This document shows, piece after piece, positions 10,038 through 17,409 of a stretch of 64,000 nt of DNA (its first letter is position 1; each line of letters begins with the position of its first letter). The notes below the pieces were generated by a model, which was not told the DNA's origin, made no database searches, and saw nothing but the letters and a program-made list of their open reading frames with translations. The DNA is from an uncultured Bacteroidales bacterium (GTDB lineage Bacteria > Bacteroidota > Bacteroidia > Bacteroidales > GWA2-32-17): positions 1,811 to 65,810 of the forward strand of contig CAYSIN010000002.1 in NCBI GenBank assembly GCA_964431135.1, read 5' to 3'. Position numbers and translations under genes: made by a program.

Positions 10038-11057
10038 ATGGCTATAGAAAAAAAATTAATAAAAAAAGAATCACTTCCCAGATTCATAGAAGCATTGATT
10101 AAGGCTGGGAAATTGATGTTCGCACCTGTAAGTGTTCGCGATAAAGTTATTTTTAAACCCATCACAAATTTTAACGAAATAGCGCTCGATTATATTCAAA
10201 CCGTACAGTCTTTTAAAAGCGTTGTGTTTCCTAAGATTGAAAAATTGTTTGAATATGAAGCCGACAAACAGCATGTCGCCATTAAGGATGTAGATTTAAA
10301 CACTATTCCCGATACTATTGTTTTTGGTGCTCATCCATGCGATGCGGCTTCGTTTAATGTGTTGAACGCTGTTTTTACATGGGATTACAGAGATGAGTTT
10401 TTTATTACACGAAAAAATAAAACAACTGTTATTGGACTGAGTTGTAAAAATCACGACGATTATTGCTTTTGCACTTCGGTGGATTTGAATCCCGGTTCTA
10501 CCGAAGGCAGCGATATCCTATTGACCAGAATAGAAAACAATCATTATCTTGCCGAAATAATTACAGAAAAAGGTAAAGCCGTTTATGAACTGACCAAAGA
10601 CCTGTTCGAACCAGCACCTCAGGTGGACAAAAATGCTTTTGTAACCAAGGTTCCCAAGCAATTTGAGTTGAATAATCTGAAAGGGAAATTGTCGTTTGAA
10701 GGACCTTCGTGGATGGAGCAATCTATGCGTTGTTTAGGATGTGGCACGTGTGCTTATGTATGCCCCACCTGTTCCTGCTTCGATATTCAAGATATAGGAA
10801 ACCAAACCAAAGGCAAAAGAGTTAGAACATGGGATACCTGTGCTTTGTCTCAATTTACACTGCATACTTCGGGACATAATCCGCGTAGTGCACAAAACGA
10901 ACGCTGGCGTCAGCGTATTCTTCATAAATTTTCGTATGAGCCGGAACGATTGCATGTATATGGCTGCGTAGGCTGTGGACGTTGTTCAAGGGCATGTCCT
11001 GTCAATATCAATATTTTAGAAAACCTGATTGAAATAAGTGGAGGAAATAAACAATGA
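10038..11057 (+). CDS. 4Fe-4S dicluster protein (FlxB / AsrA / HydB-like)
   Basis: 339 aa. CLGCGTCAYVCPTCSC and CVGCGRCSRACP motifs. Confidence 0.55.
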   Translation: MAIEKKLIKKESLPRFIEALIKAGKLMFAPVSVRDKVIFKPITNFNEIALDYIQTVQSFKSVVFPKIEKLFEYEADKQHVAIKDVDLNTIPDTIVFGAHPCDAASFNVLNAVFTWDYRDEFFITRKNKTTVIGLSCKNHDDYCFCTSVDLNPGSTEGSDILLTRIENNHYLAEIITEKGKAVYELTKDLFEPAPQVDKNAFVTKVPKQFELNNLKGKLSFEGPSWMEQSMRCLGCGTCAYVCPTCSCFDIQDIGNQTKGKRVRTWDTCALSQFTLHTSGHNPRSAQNERWRQRILHKFSYEPERLHVYGCVGCGRCSRACPVNINILENLIEISGGNKQ

Positions 11058-11893
11058 GTGATACCAATATTTATAAACCTTATTTGATGAAAATCGAAAA
11101 GGTTATTGAAGAAGCACCCGATGTTAGAACATTTCGGTTGAATTTCTTAAACGAAGAAGAAGGTAAAAATTTCGACTTTAAAGCAGGTCAGTTTGGCGAA
11201 TATTCGGTAATGGGTGAAGGCGAATCAACCTTTTGCATCGCTTCTTCTCCTACACGCAAAGGTTATATAGAATGCACATTTAGAAAAGCAGGAAGAGTTA
11301 CGTCTGCATTGGCAAACAAGGAAGAAGGCGAAATTATTGGCTTTAGAGGTCCTTATGGAAACCGTTTCCCCATAGAAGAATGGAAAGGCAAAAATCTGCT
11401 GTTTATTGCAGGTGGTATAGCGTTGCCTCCTATGAGATGTGTCATCTGGAACTGCCTCGATTTGAGAAATCATTATAAGGACATTACTATTTTATACGGT
11501 GCCAAAACGGTCAACGATTTGGTATATAAATACGAACTTAAGGAATGGGAAGAGCGTCCCGATGTAAATCTTATTACAACTGTCGATCCGGGAGGTGAAA
11601 CACCCGACTGGAAAGGGCAGATAGGATTTGTCCCTACTGTTCTTGAAAAAATGGCACCCAAAGCCGAAAATACTATTGCCATTGTTTGCGGACCACCCGT
11701 AATGATTAAATTTTCTTTTCCCGTATTGGAAAAAGCCGGTTTTAAAGATACGGATATTTATACCACACTCGAAAATCGTATGAAATGTGGCTTCGGCAAA
11801 TGCGGCAGATGCAATGTGGGCGATGTTTATGTTTGTAAAGATGGACCCGTTTTTACGTATGCCCAATTGAAAAAATTACCCCCAGAATATTAA
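11054..11893 (+). CDS. FAD/NAD(P)-binding oxidoreductase with C-terminal 2Fe-2S (FlxA / HydG / AsrB / PyrK-like)
   Basis: 279 aa. FNR-like fold (GQFGEY, IAGGIALPP, CGPPVM) and terminal CGFGKCGRCNVG cluster motif. ATGA overlap with the previous gene. Confidence 0.65.
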   Translation: MSDTNIYKPYLMKIEKVIEEAPDVRTFRLNFLNEEEGKNFDFKAGQFGEYSVMGEGESTFCIASSPTRKGYIECTFRKAGRVTSALANKEEGEIIGFRGPYGNRFPIEEWKGKNLLFIAGGIALPPMRCVIWNCLDLRNHYKDITILYGAKTVNDLVYKYELKEWEERPDVNLITTVDPGGETPDWKGQIGFVPTVLEKMAPKAENTIAIVCGPPVMIKFSFPVLEKAGFKDTDIYTTLENRMKCGFGKCGRCNVGDVYVCKDGPVFTYAQLKKLPPEY

Positions 11894-11900
11894 ACTATTA

Positions 11901-11977
11901 TTAATCGACTTACTAACAAGTTCATTAAAACACGCAAACAAAATTCATTTCATTTTTTTGTGAGCGGTTTGGTATAA
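11901..11977. repeat. Second copy of R1+R2 repeat module, immediately downstream of the hdr-flx operon
   Basis: TTAATCGACTTACTAACAAGTTCATTAAAAC followed by CAAAATTCATTTCATTTTTTTGTGAGCGGTTTGGTATAA. Same order and orientation as 5074-5206 but lacking the roughly 62-nt palindrome block. Confidence 0.8.
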
Positions 11978-11983
11978 AATGAC

Positions 11984-12006
11984 TTTTTAAGGAACGACTC
12001 AATAAA
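11984..12006 (+). repeat. TTTTTAAGGAACGACTCAATAAA motif (copy 1 of a promoter-upstream repeat)
   Basis: Near-identical to 14657-14680 and 25736-25759. Lies 45 nt upstream of the TAnnTTTG box at 12053. Confidence 0.7.
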
Positions 12007-12050
12007 CTTTTTTTATATCATTGCTGCTGAGTAATAACAATTATTTTTTA

Positions 12051-12190
12051 TATACCTTTGTGAGTGTAAAAATTATATACGGAATTTAAAAATGAACTAT
12101 TTAAGACACATATTCAATATGGCTCACAGGAACAGCATTTATCAAAACAAAGCGACTATGGATAATGAAGATATAAACGTAATGGTAAGT
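12051..12190 (+). promoter_or_regulatory. Promoter (-7 box TACCTTTG at 12053-12060) plus conserved ~130-nt leader, copy A
   Basis: Duplicated at 25777-25915. From the shared ATG (12092 / 25820), 75 of 85 positions are identical, counted by hand. Contains a 37-codon uORF (12092-12205, MNYLRHIFNMAHRNSIYQNKATMDNEDINVMVSLYRC). Confidence 0.6.
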
Positions 12191-12251
12191 TTATACAGAT
12201 GTTAGTGGCAAGACTAACAAATGACCACAAACTAAACAGACAAAAGTAGAA

Positions 12252-13499
12252 ATGAGTAATATTGATTTTAGTAAAATAACAACAGGAGTTTTAGCTCAAC
12301 AACAACTTGAGAAGAAGATTTCCGAATATAAAATTTTCTACAAGACACACTTGACGGGCGTAAAAAATAGAAATGAAGCATTAAATAAGATATATCCAAT
12401 TTGTGTAAAGTATCAAAAGACTGACCCTAAAACAGCTTTTTACACGGACAAAGAAAGAATATCATTAGAAGTTGAGACCGAAGAAGTTTTAAAAAAATAT
12501 TTCAGTTCGGACATACTTCAGTTGTTTAACAAAGAAATCCCAACACCCAAACCTAAAAGACAAATTGACTATGACAATTCGTTTTGGCTTACACTATTAG
12601 CAGGTTTTGCAAACACGTTTGAGACGTTAAATGAAAAATACAAACAGGAATTGCATTATAAACGGAATTTTCTGATTTTTCTAAATAACTGTTTGCTCAA
12701 TTTCGGTTTACACCCTGACATTTTAAGGCGAGAGGCTGATACATACAAACGATACAACATTGTTATTGAGCATTTTTTTAAATCAAAAAGCAAAATAACT
12801 GAACATAAAATTTTGCTGAGTCCAGAAACACTTCAACAAGAGTTTTTGACGCCTTACGGAAAGAAACTTCCAATACGTTTAAATGGCAAGCTAATTCCAT
12901 TTAAAAGTATTTATTCAATTCAGATTTCATCTACTCTTTTGCTTGATGACGAAATTGAACTTTATGCAAGAAAAAACAATTTCAATTGGACTTCAACAAA
13001 AAGAGACGAAAAGGATTTTATATCTTATTGTCTTGACGAAACAGATAACTTGCATAAAAATCCCTACTTGGTTTCGGAGAACGAAAAATTTAGAAACCAA
13101 AACATTTATTTCGTTGACGTCATAAGAATTGAAGAATTGAAAGCCATCAAGACAAAACAGTTTGACTTATCAAAACTTATTCGTTTATGTGAAGAACTAA
13201 ACAACAATTCTGCAACAAAGAATAATTTCAGTTCATCACTACTTGTTAGGACAATTATTGACCATATTCCACCGATATTTGGTTTCAAAAATTTTTCTCA
13301 ATTAGCAAATAACTACGCTGACGGGACAAAAAGTTTTAAAAAGTCAATGCTCAATCTTGACAATTCACTACGAAACATCGCAGACAACAATATTCATTCA
13401 CAAATTAGAACAAAGGAGGTTTTGCCAACCAAAACACAAGTTGACTTTACACAAGAGTTAGATTTATTGTTAAGCGAAATAGTAAGAAAACTAAAATGA
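12252..13499 (+). CDS. Hypothetical 415-aa protein; C-terminal ~125-aa helical domain with HEPN-like motifs (candidate effector of the two-gene unit)
   Basis: No TM, cNMP-binding, TIR or nuclease signature that I can recognise in the first ~290 aa. The C-terminus has LLVRTIIDHIPP (R333-x4-H338) and SLRNIADNNIHS (R374-x7-H382, resembling the DUF4145-type RxxGNxxAH). The function is inference only. Confidence 0.45.
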   Translation: MSNIDFSKITTGVLAQQQLEKKISEYKIFYKTHLTGVKNRNEALNKIYPICVKYQKTDPKTAFYTDKERISLEVETEEVLKKYFSSDILQLFNKEIPTPKPKRQIDYDNSFWLTLLAGFANTFETLNEKYKQELHYKRNFLIFLNNCLLNFGLHPDILRREADTYKRYNIVIEHFFKSKSKITEHKILLSPETLQQEFLTPYGKKLPIRLNGKLIPFKSIYSIQISSTLLLDDEIELYARKNNFNWTSTKRDEKDFISYCLDETDNLHKNPYLVSENEKFRNQNIYFVDVIRIEELKAIKTKQFDLSKLIRLCEELNNNSATKNNFSSSLLVRTIIDHIPPIFGFKNFSQLANNYADGTKSFKKSMLNLDNSLRNIADNNIHSQIRTKEVLPTKTQVDFTQELDLLLSEIVRKLK

Positions 13500-13536
13500 T
13501 AAATAACAGCAATACTAATAGAAATCGCATATAGTA

Positions 13537-14364
13537 ATGAAAAGACAACATAAAAACACTAGAAACAGAATGAAATATGAGAAAAGAATAACGGTATTTC
13601 TTGATATACTTGGTTTCAAAGAAATAATTAAAGCTACCGAAGACAATCAAGGAAATGACAACGAAGAAAAAATAAAATTTCTCCACGACACTATTTTGCA
13701 AATCAGAGAGCTTTTAGACATTGACAACGGTCATCAAGCAAAGTCAAAGCAAGTTACACAGTTTTCTGACAGCGTTGTTATATCTTTCAAGGAAAACGAA
13801 GAAAGCGAAGTATTTTTCACATTAAGCGACATTCAGACATTAGTAATCAATTTAGCTTTAAGAGGAATTATTTGTAGAGGCGGTATTTCATACGGAAAAC
13901 TCATTCATTCAGACAAAATGATTTTTGGACCAGCGTTAGTTGAAGCTTACGAAACAGAAAGTAAAGCAGCTTTGTATCCTAGAATTATATTGGACAGGAC
14001 TATTATTGACATTGGGAAAAAACATCACGCATTTCATCACGGAGAAATTGACGAAAAAAAAGCGATTTTGAAAATACTTAATAAGGATACTGACGATATG
14101 TTTTACATTGACTACTTTTCTAAAGCACAATCAGAACTTGACGACCCCGAATACGATATGCCGACATATATTGATAAATTAAAAGAAATCATTGAGGCAG
14201 GAATTAAAGCAGGTAAAAAATCACCAGATATAAAAGTGAAATACAATTGGATGAAAAACAAATTTAATACTATGGTAAAAGCATTCAAAGACTCTAATTT
14301 TATTTCATCACTTAATGACAGTGACCTGAAAGATTACTACAATGAACTTGAACTAATCAAATAA
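13537..14364 (+). CDS. Divergent class III nucleotidyl-cyclase / palm-fold protein (PycC-like layout), 275 aa
   Basis: Ordered motifs ITVFLDILGF (D23), QFSDSVVISF (D78), CRGGISYGKL and FGPALVEAYETES match the metal-Asp / metal-Asp / R-G-G-I-x-x-G / G-x-x-V-x-x-A order of class III cyclases. The canonical N..R pair is not evident. An alternative start is M12 (13570). Confidence 0.55.
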   Translation: MKRQHKNTRNRMKYEKRITVFLDILGFKEIIKATEDNQGNDNEEKIKFLHDTILQIRELLDIDNGHQAKSKQVTQFSDSVVISFKENEESEVFFTLSDIQTLVINLALRGIICRGGISYGKLIHSDKMIFGPALVEAYETESKAALYPRIILDRTIIDIGKKHHAFHHGEIDEKKAILKILNKDTDDMFYIDYFSKAQSELDDPEYDMPTYIDKLKEIIEAGIKAGKKSPDIKVKYNWMKNKFNTMVKAFKDSNFISSLNDSDLKDYYNELELIK

Positions 14365-14371
14365 AGCCCAG

Positions 14372-14505
14372 CCACTAACACATGGTATAGTGCATGCGGG
14401 TTTCAGCGGTTTGCGAGCGTTTGTGGCTCGTAAAAAAGGTCAGTGTAAACTGATAGGAAATCGCCTCGTAATCCCGCACGACACCATACCATCAACCGTT
14501 AGCAA
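14372..14505 (+). repeat. 134-nt imperfect hairpin element H-A (attC-like architecture) ending in GTTAGCAA
   Basis: Starts 8 nt after the stop codon. Stems are CTAAC(14375-79)/GTTAG(14498-502), ATGGTAT(14382-88)/ATACCAT(14486-92) and TGCGGG(14395-400)/CCCGCA(14473-78). The spacers are asymmetric, 2 nt against 5 nt. Confidence 0.6.
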
Positions 14506-14512
14506 CCACTTT

Positions 14513-14537
14513 CTCGTCCTCGTTTGCAACGAGGATG
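14513..14537. repeat. 25-bp hairpin repeat CTCGTCCTCGTTTGCAACGAGGATG
   Basis: 8-bp stem TCCTCGTT/AACGAGGA. An exact reverse-complement copy lies at 25699-25723. Confidence 0.85.
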
Positions 14538-14580
14538 TTAACCTATCCCATCTCATTCGCTAACAAAGACGAAGGAGGGA

Positions 14581-14618
14581 CTGCATGATATTCATTTAAT
14601 CATGCAGGGTTCTTTTTT
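14581..14618 (+). terminator. Rho-independent-type terminator
   Basis: 9-bp stem CTGCATGAT/ATCATGCAG with a 9-nt loop, followed by GGTTCTTTTTT. Confidence 0.5.
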
Positions 14619-14656
14619 GCGAAAAAAAAGAAAAGTACAAGAAAGATTAAAATGAG

Positions 14657-14680
14657 TTTTTAAGGGACGACTAAATAAAA
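14657..14680 (+). repeat. TTTTTAAGGGACGACTAAATAAA motif (copy 2)
   Basis: Same motif as 11984-12006 and 25736-25759. Lies about 105 nt upstream of the nuo -7 box. Confidence 0.7.
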
Positions 14681-14785
14681 CAAAAATAAACCCTGTTTAT
14701 TCATTTTGTCATAATAGAGTTAAAAAAAATTCAGAAAAATATTTTTTACTGAGAAAAATCAATATCTCAAAATAAAAATATAATA

Positions 14786-14793
14786 TACCTTTG
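14786..14793 (+). promoter_or_regulatory. Bacteroidota-type -7 box (TACCTTTG) for the nuo operon
   Basis: TAnnTTTG match 46 nt upstream of the nuoA ATG. The same ATATACCTTTG word occurs at the two leader copies. Confidence 0.45.
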
Positions 14794-14838
14794 CAAAAAT
14801 TTTGAACAGGTAAAAAGTAATAATCTATATTTAATGCT

Positions 14839-15189
14839 ATGAGTACTCAAATTTTAATAACCTTTTTTATAACGGCTGTTTTTTTGGTAGCCGCAGGCAT
14901 TGTATTAGCCGTATGGTTAGCACCGACCTCTTTTAACAAGCAAAAACCGGAGGCGTATGAATGTGGAATACCCACCAAAGGCGTTACGTGGCTACAGTTC
15001 AATGTTGGATATTACACCTTTGCTCTTTTATTTTTAGTCTTTGACGTAGAAACCGTTTTTTTGTTTCCATGGGCAGTGGTGATGAAACAAATAGGGCTTG
15101 TGGGGCTTGTTGAAATTGTTATATTCTTTATTATTTTGGTATTGGGCTTAGCATACGCCTGGAGAAAACACGCATTAGTATGGCAATAA
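14839..15189 (+). CDS. nuoA: NADH-quinone oxidoreductase subunit A
   Basis: 116 aa, 3 TM, YECG motif. First gene of the nuo order. Confidence 0.85.
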   Translation: MSTQILITFFITAVFLVAAGIVLAVWLAPTSFNKQKPEAYECGIPTKGVTWLQFNVGYYTFALLFLVFDVETVFLFPWAVVMKQIGLVGLVEIVIFFIILVLGLAYAWRKHALVWQ

Positions 15190-15767
15190 AATCGATGAAA
15201 GAAACAGACTTCAAGGATACAGAAACCTTGGAGCAGATGATGTTAGAAAAACACGGTATATTTTTTACTACCGTAGATTATATTTTAAACTGGGGTCGTT
15301 CCAATTCTATATGGCCCCTGACCTTTGCCACCAGTTGTTGTGGCATAGAAATGATGGCAACGGCAGCGGCTCGCCACGATTTTGCACGATTTGGCATAGA
15401 AGTTTACAGAGCCTCGCCACGTCAGGCTGATGTGATTGTGGTAGCCGGTACCATTGTTAATAAAATGGCACCCGTTCTTAAACGATTGTACGACCAGATG
15501 GCAGACCCCAAATATGTTATTGCCATGGGTTCTTGTGCTATTTCGGGTGGTCCATTTTTTTACAATTCTTATCATGTTATAAAGGGTGTAGATAATTTGC
15601 TCCCCGTTGATGTATATATACCCGGCTGTCCACCGCGACCCGAAGCCTTTTTATACGGCGTAATGCAATTACAAAGAAAAATTAAAAAGGAAACCATCAA
15701 AAATAAATACGCCAAGAAAAATGTCAAGAACAATTACGACATAGAAAATCCGTTACCTGAAAAATAA
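15180..15767 (+). CDS. nuoB: NADH-quinone oxidoreductase subunit B
   Basis: 195 aa. N2-cluster cysteines [16 protein letters not shown] and IPGCPP. Confidence 0.9.
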   Translation: MAIKSMKETDFKDTETLEQMMLEKHGIFFTTVDYILNWGRSNSIWPLTFATSCCGIEMMATAAARHDFARFGIEVYRASPRQADVIVVAGTIVNKMAPVLKRLYDQMADPKYVIAMGSCAISGGPFFYNSYHVIKGVDNLLPVDVYIPGCPPRPEAFLYGVMQLQRKIKKETIKNKYAKKNVKNNYDIENPLPEK

Positions 15768-15773
15768 ATTGCC

Positions 15774-16235
15774 ATGACCAATCAACTATTAAAAGACGTT
15801 ATCGAACATTTTGGCATCGAGGCAAGCATTAGCGAAGCCCAATATTTAACCGTAGAGGTGTCGTACGACAAACTCTATGAAATGGCTAAAAAACTTAAGG
15901 AAAATGAACAAACCAACATGGATTATCTCCTATTGATTACCGGTGTAGATTATAAAGACCATTTGGGTTGTACTTATCTGCTTACTTCTACTACAGCCAA
16001 TCATTATCTGGTACTAAAAACCAAAAATATTGATAGAGCCAATCCACACGTTGATTCGGTTACTTCCTTATGGATAACCGCAGAGTATCATGAGCGTGAA
16101 ATATACGACTTCTTTGGAATTATATTTAATAATCATCCCGATTTGCGAAGAATGTTTTTGGATGAAAACTGGAAAGGCTATCCACTACGCAAGGATTATG
16201 TAGATGAATCAAATATTATAGAAAGAAAATCATAA
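15774..16235 (+). CDS. nuoC: NADH-quinone oxidoreductase subunit C
   Basis: 153 aa. AEYHEREIYDFFGI motif. Confidence 0.85.
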   Translation: MTNQLLKDVIEHFGIEASISEAQYLTVEVSYDKLYEMAKKLKENEQTNMDYLLLITGVDYKDHLGCTYLLTSTTANHYLVLKTKNIDRANPHVDSVTSLWITAEYHEREIYDFFGIIFNNHPDLRRMFLDENWKGYPLRKDYVDESNIIERKS

Positions 16236-16240
16236 ATCAA

Positions 16241-17374
16241 ATGGCAGAAGAAAAAATATATAACGATATGGTAACCGATGCTGCAGAGCAAGAGTTTGAA
16301 ATAAACATGGGTCCACAGCATCCTTCGACGCATGGCGTTATGCGGTTTGTGGTTAAATTGAAAGGTGAAATTATTGAATCCATACAGCCTCATTGTGGTT
16401 ATATTCATCGTGGCATAGAAAAAATGTGCGAATCGATAACCTATCCACAAATTATACATTTAACCGACCGAATGGATTACCTCTCGGCACATATCAATAA
16501 CGAATCTGTATGTCTTTGTGTCGAAAAAGCCTTAAACATGGAAGTGTCTGACCGTATAAAATACATCAGAACGATTATTGCCGAACTTAATCGTATTTCT
16601 TCTCACTTGTTGTGGTGGTCGTCTATGTGTATGGATATGGGTGCCGTAACACCTTATTTTTATGCTTTTCGCGACCGTGAAAAAATTTTGGATATTTTTG
16701 AAGAAACCACAGGCGGCAGATTGCTATACAGTTATAACTGTCCCGGCGGCTTAATGAACGATATTCATCCTAATTTTCAAAAACGGGTAAAAGAATTTAT
16801 TCCTTATTTTAGAGAAAGTTTTAAAGAATATGACGAACTGATTACAGGCAATGTTATTTTTCAGAAAAGAACTATCGGCATTGGCTGTTTAACCAAAGAA
16901 CAAGCCATTGCATACGGCGTTACGGGACCTGCAGGCAGAGGTTCGGGCTATGCCTGCGATGTACGGAAAAGAGTACCTTACAGTGCTTACGATAAAGTTC
17001 AATTTAAGGAAATACTTTACAACGAAGGCGACAGTTTTGCACGATATAAAGTCAGAATGGACGAAATGCTCGAATCGTTAAACATTATTGAACAACTTAT
17101 TGACAATATCCCCGAAGGAAATTATGTCGAAAAAATGAAAGCCATTATTAAACTTCCCGAAGGTGAATATTTTCAACAGGTAGAAACAGCCCGTGGTGAA
17201 CTGGTAGTTCATATTATCAGCGATGGGAATAAAAATCCTTATCGGGTTAAGTTTCGTTCTCCCTGCCTCTCTACACTGCAAGTTATCGACCCCATCACAA
17301 GAAATTTTAAAATAGCAGATTTAATTGCCATAGGAGGTTCATTGGATTTGGTTATACCCGATATAGATAGATAA
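16241..17374 (+). CDS. nuoD: NADH-quinone oxidoreductase subunit D
   Basis: 377 aa. MGPQHPSTHGV and HRGIEK motifs. Confidence 0.9.
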   Translation: MAEEKIYNDMVTDAAEQEFEINMGPQHPSTHGVMRFVVKLKGEIIESIQPHCGYIHRGIEKMCESITYPQIIHLTDRMDYLSAHINNESVCLCVEKALNMEVSDRIKYIRTIIAELNRISSHLLWWSSMCMDMGAVTPYFYAFRDREKILDIFEETTGGRLLYSYNCPGGLMNDIHPNFQKRVKEFIPYFRESFKEYDELITGNVIFQKRTIGIGCLTKEQAIAYGVTGPAGRGSGYACDVRKRVPYSAYDKVQFKEILYNEGDSFARYKVRMDEMLESLNIIEQLIDNIPEGNYVEKMKAIIKLPEGEYFQQVETARGELVVHIISDGNKNPYRVKFRSPCLSTLQVIDPITRNFKIADLIAIGGSLDLVIPDIDR

Positions 17375-17409
17375 ATAATGATTAATTATAAATGATTAGT
17401 GTTTATTAA

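Noticed and set aside
11901-12218. Invertible promoter (inverton) flanked by CTAAC (11912) and GTTAG (12201)
   Set aside because: The inverted match is only about 7 bp (ACTAACA/TGTTAGT), much shorter than typical Bacteroidota inverton repeats, and no invertase is nearby. It is kept only as part of the cassette-junction hypothesis.
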